Of a DNA stretch of 64,000 nucleotides, positions 23,952 through 36,790 are shown piece by piece. The notes under the pieces were generated by a model, which saw only the letters and a list, made by a program, of their open reading frames with translations, searched no databases and had not been told where the DNA came from. Origin of the DNA: Eledone cirrhosa (taxonomy: Eukaryota); the NCBI GenBank assembly GCA_964016885.1, contig OZ024742.1:20646001-20710000 (forward strand). Reading direction: 5' to 3'. Position 1 is the first letter of the stretch, and each line of letters begins with the position of its first letter. A program made the translations under genes and the position numbers.

Positions 23952-26900
23952 GTCATTCTCAGCCGAGTCTCCAGGCGATGCGCGGACACTGGGGACTCAT
24001 ATAAAAATAATAATAATTCGGCAACTGGAACAGCTATCGAGGACTGGATTCCAGCCACTGAAAATTCTCACTGCCACTGATCATATGGCCGATTCTAAAG
24101 AATCAATCACGTGACACAGAGGCTAGTCAGTAGGAATGGGATGGTAAGATGACAGACGCCTACTAACACCCCCAAAAAAATTTAGAAGTGGTTTTGGCAG
24201 GTTTGCTCGACAAATCAGTGATTTGGAGATAAATATAGATAATTTAATATATCTACTAACATAAGCGCACAGATGTACGCTAATGCCAGCAAATACACAG
24301 GTTATGTCATAGTACCTAGGTGGTTCAATGCAGGAGAATGCAGAACAATAATATATAAGACGTAAAATAAGAAGATTTCTTAAAAAAAATTTTTTCCTAA
24401 AAAATTAACTTACTTACTTAAATTTTCACTCCAACTAATTAGTTTCTGCAATGGGATAAAGAGAGTTACGTAATGAACTGTTGAGAATTTCATTGCGTCA
24501 TCAGGGAGGTCATTCTCAGCCGAGTCTCCAGGCGATGCGCGGACACTGGGGACTCATATAAAAATAGTAATAATTCGGCAACTGGAACAGCTATCGAGGA
24601 CTGAATTCCAGCCACTGAAAATTCTCACTGCCACTGATCATATGGCCGATTCTAAAGAATCAATCACGTGACACAGAGGCTAGTCAGTAGGAATGGGATG
24701 GTAAGATGACAGACGCCTACTAACACCCCCCAAAAAAATTTAGAAGTGGTTTTGGCAGGTTTGCTCGACAAATCAGTGATTTGGAGATAAATATAGATAA
24801 TTTAATATATCTACTAACATAAGCGCACAGATGTACGCTAATGCCAGCAAATACACAGGTTATGTCATAGTACCTAGGTGGTTCAATGCAGGAGAGTGCA
24901 GAACAATAATATATAAGACGTAAAATAAGAAAATTTCTTAAAAAAAAATTTTTTCTACAAAATTAACTTACTTAAATTTTCACTCCAACTAATTAGTTTC
25001 TGCAATAGGATAAAGACAGTTACGTAATGAACTGTTGAGAATTTCATTGCGTCATCAGGGAGGTCATTCTCAGCCGAGTCTCCAGGCGATGCGCGGACAC
25101 TGGGGACTCATATAAAAATAATAATAATTCGGCAACTGGAACAGCTATCGAGGACTGGATTCCAGCCACTGAAAATTCTCACTGCCACTGATCATATGGC
25201 CGATTCTAAAGAATCAATCACGTGACACAGAGGCTAGTCAGTAGGAATGGGATGGTAAGATGACAGACGCCTACTAACACCCCCAAAAAAAATTAGAAGT
25301 GGTTTTGGCAGGTTTGCTCGACAAATCAGTGATTTGGAGATAAATATAGATAATTTAATATATCTACTAACATAAGCGCACAGATGTACGCTAATGCCAG
25401 CAAATACACAGGTTATGTCATAGTACCTAGGTGGTTCAATGTAGGAGAATGCAGAACAATAATATATAAGACGTAAAATAAGAAGATTTCTTAAAAAAAA
25501 TTTTTTTCTAAAAAATTAACTTACTTACTTAAATTTTCACTCCAACTAATTAGTTTCTGCAATGGGATAAAGAGAGTTACGTAATGAACTGTTGAGAATT
25601 TCATTGCGTCATCAGGGAGGTCATTCTCAGCCGAGTCTCCAGGCGATGCGCGGACACTGGGGACTCATATAAAAATAGTAATAATTCGGCAACTGGAACA
25701 GCTATCGAGGACTGAATTCCAGCCACTGAAAATTCTCACTGCCACTGATCATATGGCCGATTCTAAAGAATCAATCACGTGACACAGAGGCTAGTCAGTA
25801 GTAATGAGATGGTAAGATGACAGACGCCTACTAACACCCCCCAAAAAAATTTAGAAGTGGTTTTGGCAGGTTTGCTCGACAAATCAGTGATTTGGAGATA
25901 AATATAGATAATTTAATATATCTACTAACATAAGCGCACAGATGTACGCTAATGCCAGCAAATACACAGGTTATTTCATAGTACCTAGGTGGTTCAATGC
26001 AGGAGAATGCAGAACAATAATATATAAGACGTAAAATAATAAAATGTCTTAAAAAAAATTTTTTTCTAAAAAATTAACTTACTTACTTAAATTTTCACTC
26101 CAACTAATTAGTTTCTGCAATGGGATAAAGAGAGTTACGTAATGAACTGTTGAGAATTTCATTGCGTCATCAGGGAGGTCATTCTCAGCCGAGTCTCCAG
26201 GCGATGCGCGGACACTGGGGACTCATATAAAAATAATAATAATTCGGCAACTGGAACAGCTATCGAGGACTGGATTCCAGCCACTGAAAATTCTCACTGC
26301 CACTGATCATATGGCCGATTCTAAAGAATCAATCACGTGACACAGAGGCTAGTCAGTAGGAATGGGATGGTAAGATGACAGACGCCTACTAACACCCCCA
26401 AAAAAATTTAGAAGTGGTTTTGGCAGGTTTGCTCGACAAATCAGTGATTTGGAGATAAATATAGATAATTTAATATATCTACTAACATAAGCGCACAGAT
26501 GTACGCTAATGCCAGCAAATACACAGGTTATGTCATAGTACCTAGGTGGTTCAATGCAGGAGAATGCAGAACAATAATATATAAGACGTAAAATAAGAAG
26601 ATTTCTTAAAAAAAATTTTTTCCTAAAAAATTAACTTACTTACTTAAATTTTCACTCCAACTAATTAGTTTCTGCAATGGGATAAAGAGAGTTACGTAAT
26701 GAACTGTTGAGAATTTCATTGCGTCATCAGGGAGGTCATTCTCAGCCGAGTCTCCAGGCGATGCGCGGACACTGGGGACTCATATAAAAATAGTAATAAT
26801 TCGGCAACTGGAACAGCTATCGAGGACTGAATTCCAGCCACTGAAAATTCTCACTGCCACTGATCATATGGCCGATTCTAAAGAATCAATCACGTGACAC

Positions 26901-29900
26901 AGAGGCTAGTCAGTAGGAATGGGATGGTAAGATGACAGACGCCTACTAACACCCCCCAAAAAAATTTAGAAGTGGTTTTGGCAGGTTTGCTCGACAAATC
27001 AGTGATTTGGAGATAAATATAGATAATTTAATATATCTACTAACATAAGCGCACAGATGTACGCTAATGCCAGCAAATACACAGGTTATGTCATAGTACC
27101 TAGGTGGTTCAATGCAGGAGAGTGCAGAACAATAATATATAAGACGTAAAATAAGAAAATTTCTTAAAAAAAAATTTTTTCTACAAAATTAACTTACTTA
27201 AATTTTCACTCCAACTAATTAGTTTCTGCAATAGGATAAAGACAGTTACGTAATGAACTGTTGAGAATTTCATTGCGTCATCAGGGAGGTCATTCTCAGC
27301 CGAGTCTCCAGGCGATGCGCGGACACTGGGGACTCATATAAAAATAATAATAATTCGGCAACTGGAACAGCTATCGAGGACTGGATTCCAGCCACTGAAA
27401 ATTCTCACTGCCACTGATCATATGGCCGATTCTAAAGAATCAATCACGTGACACAGAGGCTAGTCAGTAGGAATGGGATGGTAAGATGACAGACGCCTAC
27501 TAACACCCCCAAAAAAAATTAGAAGTGGTTTTGGCAGGTTTGCTCGACAAATCAGTGATTTGGAGATAAATATAGATAATTTAATATATCTACTAACATA
27601 AGCGCACAGATGTACGCTAATGCCAGCAAATACACAGGTTATGTCATAGTACCTAGGTGGTTCAATGTAGGAGAATGCAGAACAATAATATATAAGACGT
27701 AAAATAAGAAGATTTCTTAAAAAAAATTTTTTTCTAAAAAATTAACTTACTTACTTAAATTTTCACTCCAACTAATTAGTTTCTGCAATGGGATAAAGAG
27801 AGTTACGTAATGAACTGTTGAGAATTTCATTGCGTCATCAGGGAGGTCATTCTCAGCCGAGTCTCCAGGCGATGCGCGGACACTGGGGACTCATATAAAA
27901 ATAGTAATAATTCGGCAACTGGAACAGCTATCGAGGACTGAATTCCAGCCACTGAAAATTCTCACTGCCACTGATCATATGGCCGATTCTAAAGAATCAA
28001 TCACGTGACACAGAGGCTAGTCAGTAGTAATGAGATGGTAAGATGACAGACGCCTACTAACACCCCCCAAAAAAATTTAGAAGTGGTTTTGGCAGGTTTG
28101 CTCGACAAATCAGTGATTTGGAGATAAATATAGATAATTTAATATATCTACTAACATAAGCGCACAGATGTACGCTAATGCCAGCAAATACACAGGTTAT
28201 TTCATAGTACCTAGGTGGTTCAATGCAGGAGAATGCAGAACAATAATATATAAGACGTAAAATAATAAAATGTCTTAAAAAAAATTTTTTTCTAAAAAAT
28301 TAACTTACTTACTTAAATTTTCACTCCAACTAATTAGTTTCTGCAATGGGATAAAGAGAGTTACGTAATGAACTGTTGAGAATTTCATTGCGTCATCAGG
28401 GAGGTCATTCTCAGCCGAGTCTCCAGGCGATGCGCGGACACTGGGGACTCATATAAAAATAATAATAATTCGGCAACTGGAACAGCTATCGAGGACTGGA
28501 TTCCAGCCACTGAAAATTCTCACTGCCACTGATCATATGGCCGATTCTAAAGAATCAATCACGTGACACAGAGGCTAGTCAGTAGGAATGGGATGGTAAG
28601 ATGACAGACGCCTACTAACACCCCCAAAAAAATTTAGAAGTGGTTTTGGCAGGTTTGCTCGACAAATCAGTGATTTGGAGATAAATATAGATAATTTAAT
28701 ATATCTACTAACATAAGCGCACAGATGTACGCTAATGCCAGCAAATACACAGGTTATGTCATAGTACCTAGGTGGTTCAATGCAGGAGAATGCAGAACAA
28801 TAATATATAAGACGTAAAATAAGAAGATTTCTTAAAAAAAATTTTTTCCTAAAAAATTAACTTACTTACTTAAATTTTCACTCCAACTAATTAGTTTCTG
28901 CAATGGGATAAAGAGAGTTACGTAATGAACTGTTGAGAATTTCATTGCGTCATCAGGGAGGTCATTCTCAGCCGAGTCTCCAGGCGATGCGCGGACACTG
29001 GGGACTCATATAAAAATAGTAATAATTCGGCAACTGGAACAGCTATCGAGGACTGAATTCCAGCCACTGAAAATTCTCACTGCCACTGATCATATGGCCG
29101 ATTCTAAAGAATCAATCACGTGACACAGAGGCTAGTCAGTAGGAATGGGATGGTAAGATGACAGACGCCTACTAACACCCCCCAAAAAAATTTAGAAGTG
29201 GTTTTGGCAGGTTTGCTCGACAAATCAGTGATTTGGAGATAAATATAGATAATTTAATATATCTACTAACATAAGCGCACAGATGTACGCTAATGCCAGC
29301 AAATACACAGGTTATGTCATAGTACCTAGGTGGTTCAATGCAGGAGAGTGCAGAACAATAATATATAAGACGTAAAATAAGAAAATTTCTTAAAAAAAAA
29401 TTTTTTCTACAAAATTAACTTACTTAAATTTTCACTCCAACTAATTAGTTTCTGCAATAGGATAAAGACAGTTACGTAATGAACTGTTGAGAATTTCATT
29501 GCGTCATCAGGGAGGTCATTCTCAGCCGAGTCTCCAGGCGATGCGCGGACACTGGGGACTCATATAAAAATAATAATAATTCGGCAACTGGAACAGCTAT
29601 CGAGGACTGGATTCCAGCCACTGAAAATTCTCACTGCCACTGATCATATGGCCGATTCTAAAGAATCAATCACGTGACACAGAGGCTAGTCAGTAGGAAT
29701 GGGATGGTAAGATGACAGACGCCTACTAACACCCCCAAAAAAATTTAGAAGTGGTTTTGGCAGGTTTGCTCGACAAATCAGTGATTTGGAGATAAATATA
29801 GATAATTTAATATATCTACTAACATAAGCGCACAGATGTACGCTAATGCCAGCAAATACACAGGTTATGTCATAGTACCTAGGTGGTTCAATGTAGGAGA

Positions 29901-32900
29901 ATGCAGAACAATAATATATAAGACGTAAAATAAGAAGATTTCTTAAAAAAAATTTTTTTCTAAAAAATTAACTTACTTACTTAAATTTTCACTCCAACTA
30001 ATTAGTTTCTGCAATGGGATAAAGAGAGTTACGTAATGAACTGTTGAGAATTTCATTGCGTCATCAGGGAGGTCATTCTCAGCCGAGTCTTCAGGCGATG
30101 CGCGGACACTGGGGACTCATATAAAAATAGTAATAATTCGGCAACTGGAACAGCTATCGAGGACTGAATTCCAGCCACTGAAAATTCTCACTGCCACTGA
30201 TCATATGGCCGATTCTAAAGAATCAATCACGTGACACAGAGGCTAGTCAGTAGTAATGGGATGGTAAGATGACAGACGCCTACTAACACCCCCCAAAAAA
30301 ATTTAGAAGTGGTTTTGGCAGGTTTGCTCGACAAATCAGTGATTTGGAGATAAATATAGATAATTTAATATATCTACTAACATAAGCGCACAGATGTACG
30401 CTAATGCCAGCAAATACACAGGTTATTTCATAGTACCTAGGTGGTTCAATGCAGGAGAATGCAGAACAATAATATATAAGACGTAAAATAATAAAATGTC
30501 TTAAAAAAAATTTTTTTCTAAAAAATTAACTTACTTACTTAAATTTTCACTCCAACTAATTAGTTTCTGCAATGGGATAAAGAGAGTTACGTAATGAACT
30601 GTTGAGAATTTCATTGCGTCATCAGGGAGGTCATTCTCAGCCGAGTCTCCAGGCGATGCGCGGACACTGGGGACTCATATAAAAATAATAATAATTCGGC
30701 AACTGGAACAGCTATCGAGGACTGGATTCCAGCCACTGAAAATTCTCACTGCCACTGATCATATGGCCGATTCTAAAGAATCAATCACGTGACACAGAGG
30801 CTAGTCAGTAGGAATGGGATGGTAAGATGACAGACGCCTACTAACACCCCCCAAAAAAATTTAGAAGTGGTTTTGGCAGGTTTGCTCGACAAATCAGTGA
30901 TTTGGAGATAAATATAGATAATTTAATATATCTACTAACATAAGCGCACAGATGTACGCTAATGCCAGCAAATACACAGGCTATGTCATAGTACCTAGGT
31001 GGTTCAATGCAGGAGAGTGCAGAACAATAATATATAAGACGTAAAATAAGAAAATTTCTTAAAAAAAATTTTTTTCTACAAAATTAACTTACTTACTTAA
31101 ATTTTCACTCCAACTAATTAGTTTCTGCAATAGGATAAAGACAGTTACGTAATGAACTGTTGAGAATTTCATTGCGTCATCAGGGAGGTCATTCTCAGCC
31201 GAGTCTCCAGGCGATGCGCGGACACTGGGACTCATATAAAAATAATAATAATTCGGCAACTGGAACAGCTATCGAGGACTGAATTCCAGCCACTGAAAAT
31301 TCTCACTGCCACTGATCATATGGCCGATTCTAAAGAATCAATCACGTGACACAGAGGCTAGTCAGTAGGAATGGGATGGTAAGATGACAGACGCCTACTA
31401 ACACCCCCGAAAAAAATCTAGAAGTGGTTTTGGCAGGTTTGCTCGACAAATCAGTAATTTGGAGATAAATATAGATAATTTAATATATCTACTAACATAA
31501 GCGCACAGATGTACGCTAATGCCAGCAAATACACAGGTTATGTCATAGTACCTAGGTGGTTCAATGCAGGAGAATGCAGAACAATAATATATAAGACGTA
31601 AAATAAGAAGATTTCTTAAAAAAAATTTTTTTCTAAAAAATTAACTCACTTACTTAATTTTTCACTCCAACTAATTAGTTTCTGCAATGGGATAAAGAGA
31701 GTTACGTAATGAACTGTTGAGAATTTCATAGCGTCATCAGGGAGGTCATTCTCAGCCGAGTCTCCAGGCGATGCGCGGACACTGGGGACTCATATAAAAA
31801 TAATAATAATTCGGCAACTGGAACAGCTATCGAGGACTGAATTCCAGCCACTGAAAATTCTCACTGCCACTGATCATATGGCCGATTCTAAAGAATCAAT
31901 CACGTGACACAGAGGCTAGTCAGTAGGAATGGGATGGTAAGATGACAGACGCCTACTAACACCCCCCAAAAAAATTTAGAAGTGGTTTTGGCAGGTTTGC
32001 TCGACAAATCAGTGATTTGGAGATAAATATAGATAATTTAATATATCTACTAACATAAGCGCACCGATGTACGCTAATGCCAGCAAATACACAGGTTCTG
32101 TCATAGTACCTAGGTGGTTCAATGCAGGAGAATACAGAACAATAATATATAAGACGTAAAATAAGAAAATGTCTTAAAAAAAATTTTTTTCTAAAAAATT
32201 AACTTACTTACTTAAATTTTCACTCCAACTAATTAGTTTCTGCAATGGGATAAAGAGAGTTACGTAATGAACTGTTGAGAATTTCATTGCGTCATCAGGG
32301 AGGTCATTCTCAGCCGAGTCTCCAGGCGATGCGCGGACACTGGGGACTCATATAAAAATAATAATAATTCGGCAACTGGAACAGCTATCGAGTACTGGAT
32401 TCCAGCCACTGAAAATTCTCACTGCCACTGATCATATGGCCGATTCTAAAGAATCAATCACGTGACACAGAGGCTAGTCAGTAGGAATGGGATGGTAAGA
32501 TGACAGACGCCTACTAACACCCCCCCAACAAAATTTAGAAGTGGTTTTGGCAGGTTTGCTCGACAAATCAGTGATTTGGAGATAAATATAGATAATTTAA
32601 TATATCTACTAACATAAGCGCACAGATGTATGCCAGCAAATACACAGGTTATGTCATAGTACCTAGGTGGTTCAATGCAGGAGAGTGCAGAACAATAATA
32701 TATAAGACGTAAAATAAGAAAATTTCTTAAAAAAAATTTTTTTCTAAAAAATTAACTTACTTACTTAAATTTTCACTCCAACTAATTAGTTTCTGCAATG
32801 GGATAAAGAGAGTTACGTAATGAACTGTTGAGAATTTCATTGCGTCATCAGGGAGATCATTCTCAGCCGAGTCTCCAGGCGATGCGCGGACACTGGGGAC

Positions 32901-33884
32901 TCATATAAAAATAATAATAATTCGGCAACTGGAACAGCTATCGAGAACTGGATTCCAGCCACTGAAAATTTTCACTGCCACTGATCATATGGCCGATTCT
33001 AAAGAATCAATCACGTGACACAGAGGCTAGTCAGTAGGAATGGGATGGTAAGATGACAGACGCCTACTAACACCCCCCAAAAAAATCTAGAAGTGGTTTT
33101 GGCAGGTTTGCTCGACAAATCAGTGATTTGGAGATAAATATAGATAATTTAATATATCTACTAACATAAGCGCACAGATGTACGCTAATGCCAGCAAATA
33201 CACAGGTTATGTCATAGTACCTAGGTGGTTCAATGCAGGAGAATGCAGAACAATAATATATAAGACGTAAAATAAGAAAATGTCTTAAAAAAAAATTTTT
33301 TCTAAAAAATTAACTTACTTACTTAAATTTTCACTCCAACTAATTAGTTTCTGCAATGGGATAAAGAGAGTTACGTAATGAACTGTTGAGAATTTCATTG
33401 CGTCATCAGGGAGGTCATTCTCAGCCGAGTCTCCAGGCGATGCGCGGACACTGGGGACTCATATAAAAATAATAATAATTCGGCAACTGGAACAGCTATC
33501 GAGGACTGGATTCCAGCCACTGAAAATTCTCACTGCCACTGATCATATGGCCGATTCAATCACGTGACACAGAGGTTAGTCAGTAGGAATGGGATGGTAA
33601 GATGACAGACGCCTACTAACACCCCCAAAAAATATTTAGAAGTGGTTTTGGCAGGTTTGCTCGACAAATCAGTGATTTGGAGATAAATATAGATAATTTA
33701 ATATATCTACTAACATAAGCGCACAGATGTACGCTATTCTTTAGAATCGGCCATATGATCAGTGGCAGTGAGAATTTTCAGTGGCTGGAATCCAGTCCTC
33801 GATAGCTGTTCCAGTTGCCGAATTATTATTTTTATATGAGTCCCCAGTGTCCGCGCATCGCCTGGTGACTCGGCTGAGAATGAC

Positions 33885-33964
33885 CTCCCTGATGACGCAA
33901 TGAAATTCTCAACAGTTCATTACGTAACTCTCTATATCCCATTGCAGAAACTAATTAGTTGGAG
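33885..33964 (+). ncRNA. Variant type I hammerhead in the inverted monomer
   Basis: CTCC-CTGATGA-C-GCAATG-loop-CATTGC-A-GAAA-CTAATTAG-TT-GGAG. Confidence 0.72.
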
Positions 33965-35029
33965 TGAACATTTAAGTAAGTAAGTTAATTTTTTAGAAAA
34001 AAATTTTTTAAAGAAATTTTCTTATTTTACGTCTTATATATTATTGTTCTGCATTCTCCTGCATTGAACCACCTAGGTACTATGACATAACCTGTGTATT
34101 TGCTGGCATTAGCGTACATCTGTGCGCTTATGTTAGTAGATATATTAAATTATCTATATTTATCTCCAAATCACTGATTTGTCGAGCAAACCTGCCAAAA
34201 CCACTTCTAAATTTTTTTGGGGGGTGTTAGTAGGCGTCTGTCATCTTACCATCCCATTCCTACTGACTAGCCTCTGTGTCACGTGATTGATTCTTTAGAA
34301 TCGGCCATAAAATCCTAAATCAAATATCAGAAATTATAAATTAAAACATTAAGAAATTAACAATTAGAAATTAAAGAATTAAAATAAAAAAAATTCTTTT
34401 CAGGTGATAATTCGGATTGAGGTGAGTAAAAATATAGACTGAAGTGAGTAAATAATATGGAGAGAGATGTTTAAGTAATATGTTCTGAGAGGGATTCTAG
34501 TGTCACAGTTACTCTATCCACATATTGAACGACAGTGCCGTACATTATAACTGATTGAAAACTACTTGGCTCTAGGCATTAGTCAATCCATTACACAGTC
34601 ATAATTTCCATCACATGGAACAAAATCAAAGAAAAACAGACATAAAGTACACAAAAGAAAAGAACAGAACCAATAGTGAATAAATGCAAAAACACAGAGA
34701 ACATATATGCAAAATGAGCCATATGATTGTCCATCTGTCCATGTATAGATTGAATTGAGGGGGCTTCTGTTCAAATGCGATTTGGTGCAGGAAAATAGGG
34801 GTTTATCCTATTATTTGTTTCCGCGTATTTATCCTGCCGAAAGTTACTATTATGTCTGTCCAGTGTAAGGGGTTTCCATCCCCATGGTAGAGGGAATTTC
34901 CGGGGTAGCTTATGGTTGGTTCCTCTCTTCTCCACCATATCGGTTACATCGTAAAGCGCTCAACTAATTGAGTGTTTGAATTGAATTGCATCAATGTTTA
35001 CCCTAATATATATGTTTTCTATACCTTTC

Positions 35030-35105
<76 letters not shown>

Positions 35106-35130
35106 ATGTATATATATATATATATATATA

Positions 35131-35312
35131 GATGAGATTCTACAGGACTAGAACTGTTTCATTCTTTAGAAATCATCAGGAATCTTGATGATTTCTAAAG
35201 AATGAAACAGTTCTAGTCCTGTAGAATCTCATCTATATTAGAACTTTTATAATCTGTAATGTATTGAGTACCTTACTTACTGTGGTTACCTCCGATTCAA
35301 CCCGGAATAACG
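35131..35312. mobile_element. PLE terminal fold-back: near-perfect palindrome (35131-35233) of an HHR core plus 3' tail
   Basis: Arm reads (C)TGATGA-TTTCTAAAGAAT-GAAA-CAGTTCTAG-TC-CTGTAG; related pieces at about 8805-8922, 37022-37065 and 61470-61512. Confidence 0.75.
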
Positions 35313-35551
35313 TATATATATATATATGTATGTATATATATTTCGTTTCTGAATTTGTTTAGCAAGATTCTTTATCTGAAATCGTGTGTTGAAACCGATA
35401 TTGTTATACTTTGGGAGGGTCATGTTGCCAATAAGAAACACACGCACCAGCTGCTTTCACTTCAATTTATTATAATAAATTTATAAATTTAGGAATTTAT
35501 AAATTTCTGGTTGGTTAGTTGGTTCCACAACCAGATAGTTGTTTATATATT

Positions 35552-35592
35552 GTCAAAGTTCTTTCGTCACATTCTGTGACCTCTTCAGTGAC
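35552..35592 (-). ncRNA. Minimal type I hammerhead in the PLE pLTR
   Basis: Minus strand: GUCA-CUGAAGA-G-GUCAC(AGAAU)GUGAC-GAAA-GAAC-UU-UGAC. Confidence 0.72.
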
Positions 35593-35896
35593 TGGGGATT
35601 CTTTTCTTTGTTTTTGTGCCTCTCCTTTGTTCTGTCCTACGCCATTTTGTTTCTGTGTGTGTGTTGTGTGCTCAGTCTGCGCATGCGCCACATCCGGGTG
35701 TCTGTGTGTGTTTATATTTGTTTATTTATTTGTTTATTTACATGTTACCGGTTGTTGTTTGTTCTATGTGTGTGTGTGTTTTCATTTTGTCCTTAATTGT
35801 AAGTTGTGATGTTGCTGTTCCACTCATATTTTCTATTTATTTACATGTTACCGGTTGGTTGTTTTTTCTATGTGTGTGTGTGTTTTCATTTTGTCC

Positions 35897-36480
35897 TTAA
35901 TTGTAAGTTGTGATGTTGCTGTTCCACTCATATTTTCTATTTAATTTTGGTTGTAATTCTTTTATGTTTATTGCCTCTGTGATTTGTCTAAACATTGCGT
36001 CTTTTCTGTGTGTAGATTCTATTTTTATTTCTATGTTCTCTAATTTACCCTTATGTTCTATTTTAGCATGTTGATAGAGTACAGATGATTATTTACTATC
36101 TTGAAGGTCTCGCCAGTGTTCATTTATCCGTTCCCCTATACTACGAGCTGTCTCACCTATGTACGCTATATGTTTGTCTCTACATTGTCCTTCATTACAT
36201 CTTAGGCTATACACCACATTTCTAGTTTTACAGTTAATATGGGGGCTTATTTTACAGGTTATACATTTCTTATCTATACAGGGGGGTCTTTGGAAAGGGT
36301 ATGTCTTGCTAATAAGTGTTTTTACGGAGGTACCTGGTCTTTCTACTATCTCAATATTGAGTTTATGTTTATCTAGGGACTTCTAAATTTGTAAGCTAAT
36401 TCACCTCTAGGGCTTGTATCGATGAACATTACACTCTGGTATTTATTGCTATCATACCATGAGTTTATTCTATTAGCCTT
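35897..36480 (-). pseudogene. Disrupted PLE linker and GIY-YIG endonuclease, not in the ORF track
   Basis: Hand translation: SWYDSNKYQSVMFIDTSPRGEL/frameshift/...PCIDKKCITC...NCKTRNVVYSLRCNEGQCRDKHIAYIGETARSIGERINEH...SK*SSVLYQH...RQITEAINI...LNRKYEW. Confidence 0.85.
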
Positions 36481-36640
36481 ATTCCTTTGACAATATATAA
36501 ACAACTATCTGGTTGTGGAATCAACCAACCAACCAGAAATTTATAAATTCCTGAATTTATAAATTTATTATAATAAATTGAAGTGAAACAACTGGTGCGT
36601 GTGTTTCTTATTGGCAACATAACCCTCCCAAAGTATAACA

Positions 36641-36678
<38 letters not shown>

Positions 36679-36684
36679 TCGCAA

Positions 36685-36790
36685 GTTCTGATGAATTGAC
36701 TGGTTATAACTATGTATTGATGATCGATTGATGCAGAAACATGCGGGCAGCGATCTCTAGACCTACCAGTTCAGAGAAACAATTGTCAGC
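36685..36790 (+). ncRNA. Type I hammerhead with a long stem II insertion
   Basis: GTT-CTGATGA-A-TTGACTGGT...ACCAGTTCAG-A-GAAA-CAATTG-TC-AGC; palindromic stem III and GUC triplet; stem I only 3 bp; flanked by (TA)n. Confidence 0.6.

Larger units (their letters stand above)
23127..34309 (-). repeat. 11-kb satellite of about 557-bp hammerhead-bearing monomers (19 full and one partial) plus one inverted monomer (33736-34309)
   Basis: Unit starts at 23127, 23685, 24238, 24796, 25349, 25907, 26464, 27022, 27575, 28133, 28690, 29248, 29801, 30359, 30917, 31474, 32032, 32591, 33143 and 33692; left end joins (TA)n. Confidence 0.97.
35342..36645 (-). mobile_element. 5'-truncated Penelope-like element with an inverted pLTR
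   Basis: About 35398-35558 and 36485-36645 are inverted repeats enclosing a GIY-YIG remnant; (TA)n on both sides; tandem duplication of about 104 bp at the ORF 3' end. Confidence 0.88.

Noticed and set aside
23127-33736. CRISPR-like array
   Set aside because: Whole 557-bp units repeat with no unique spacers, no cas genes are present, and the context is eukaryotic
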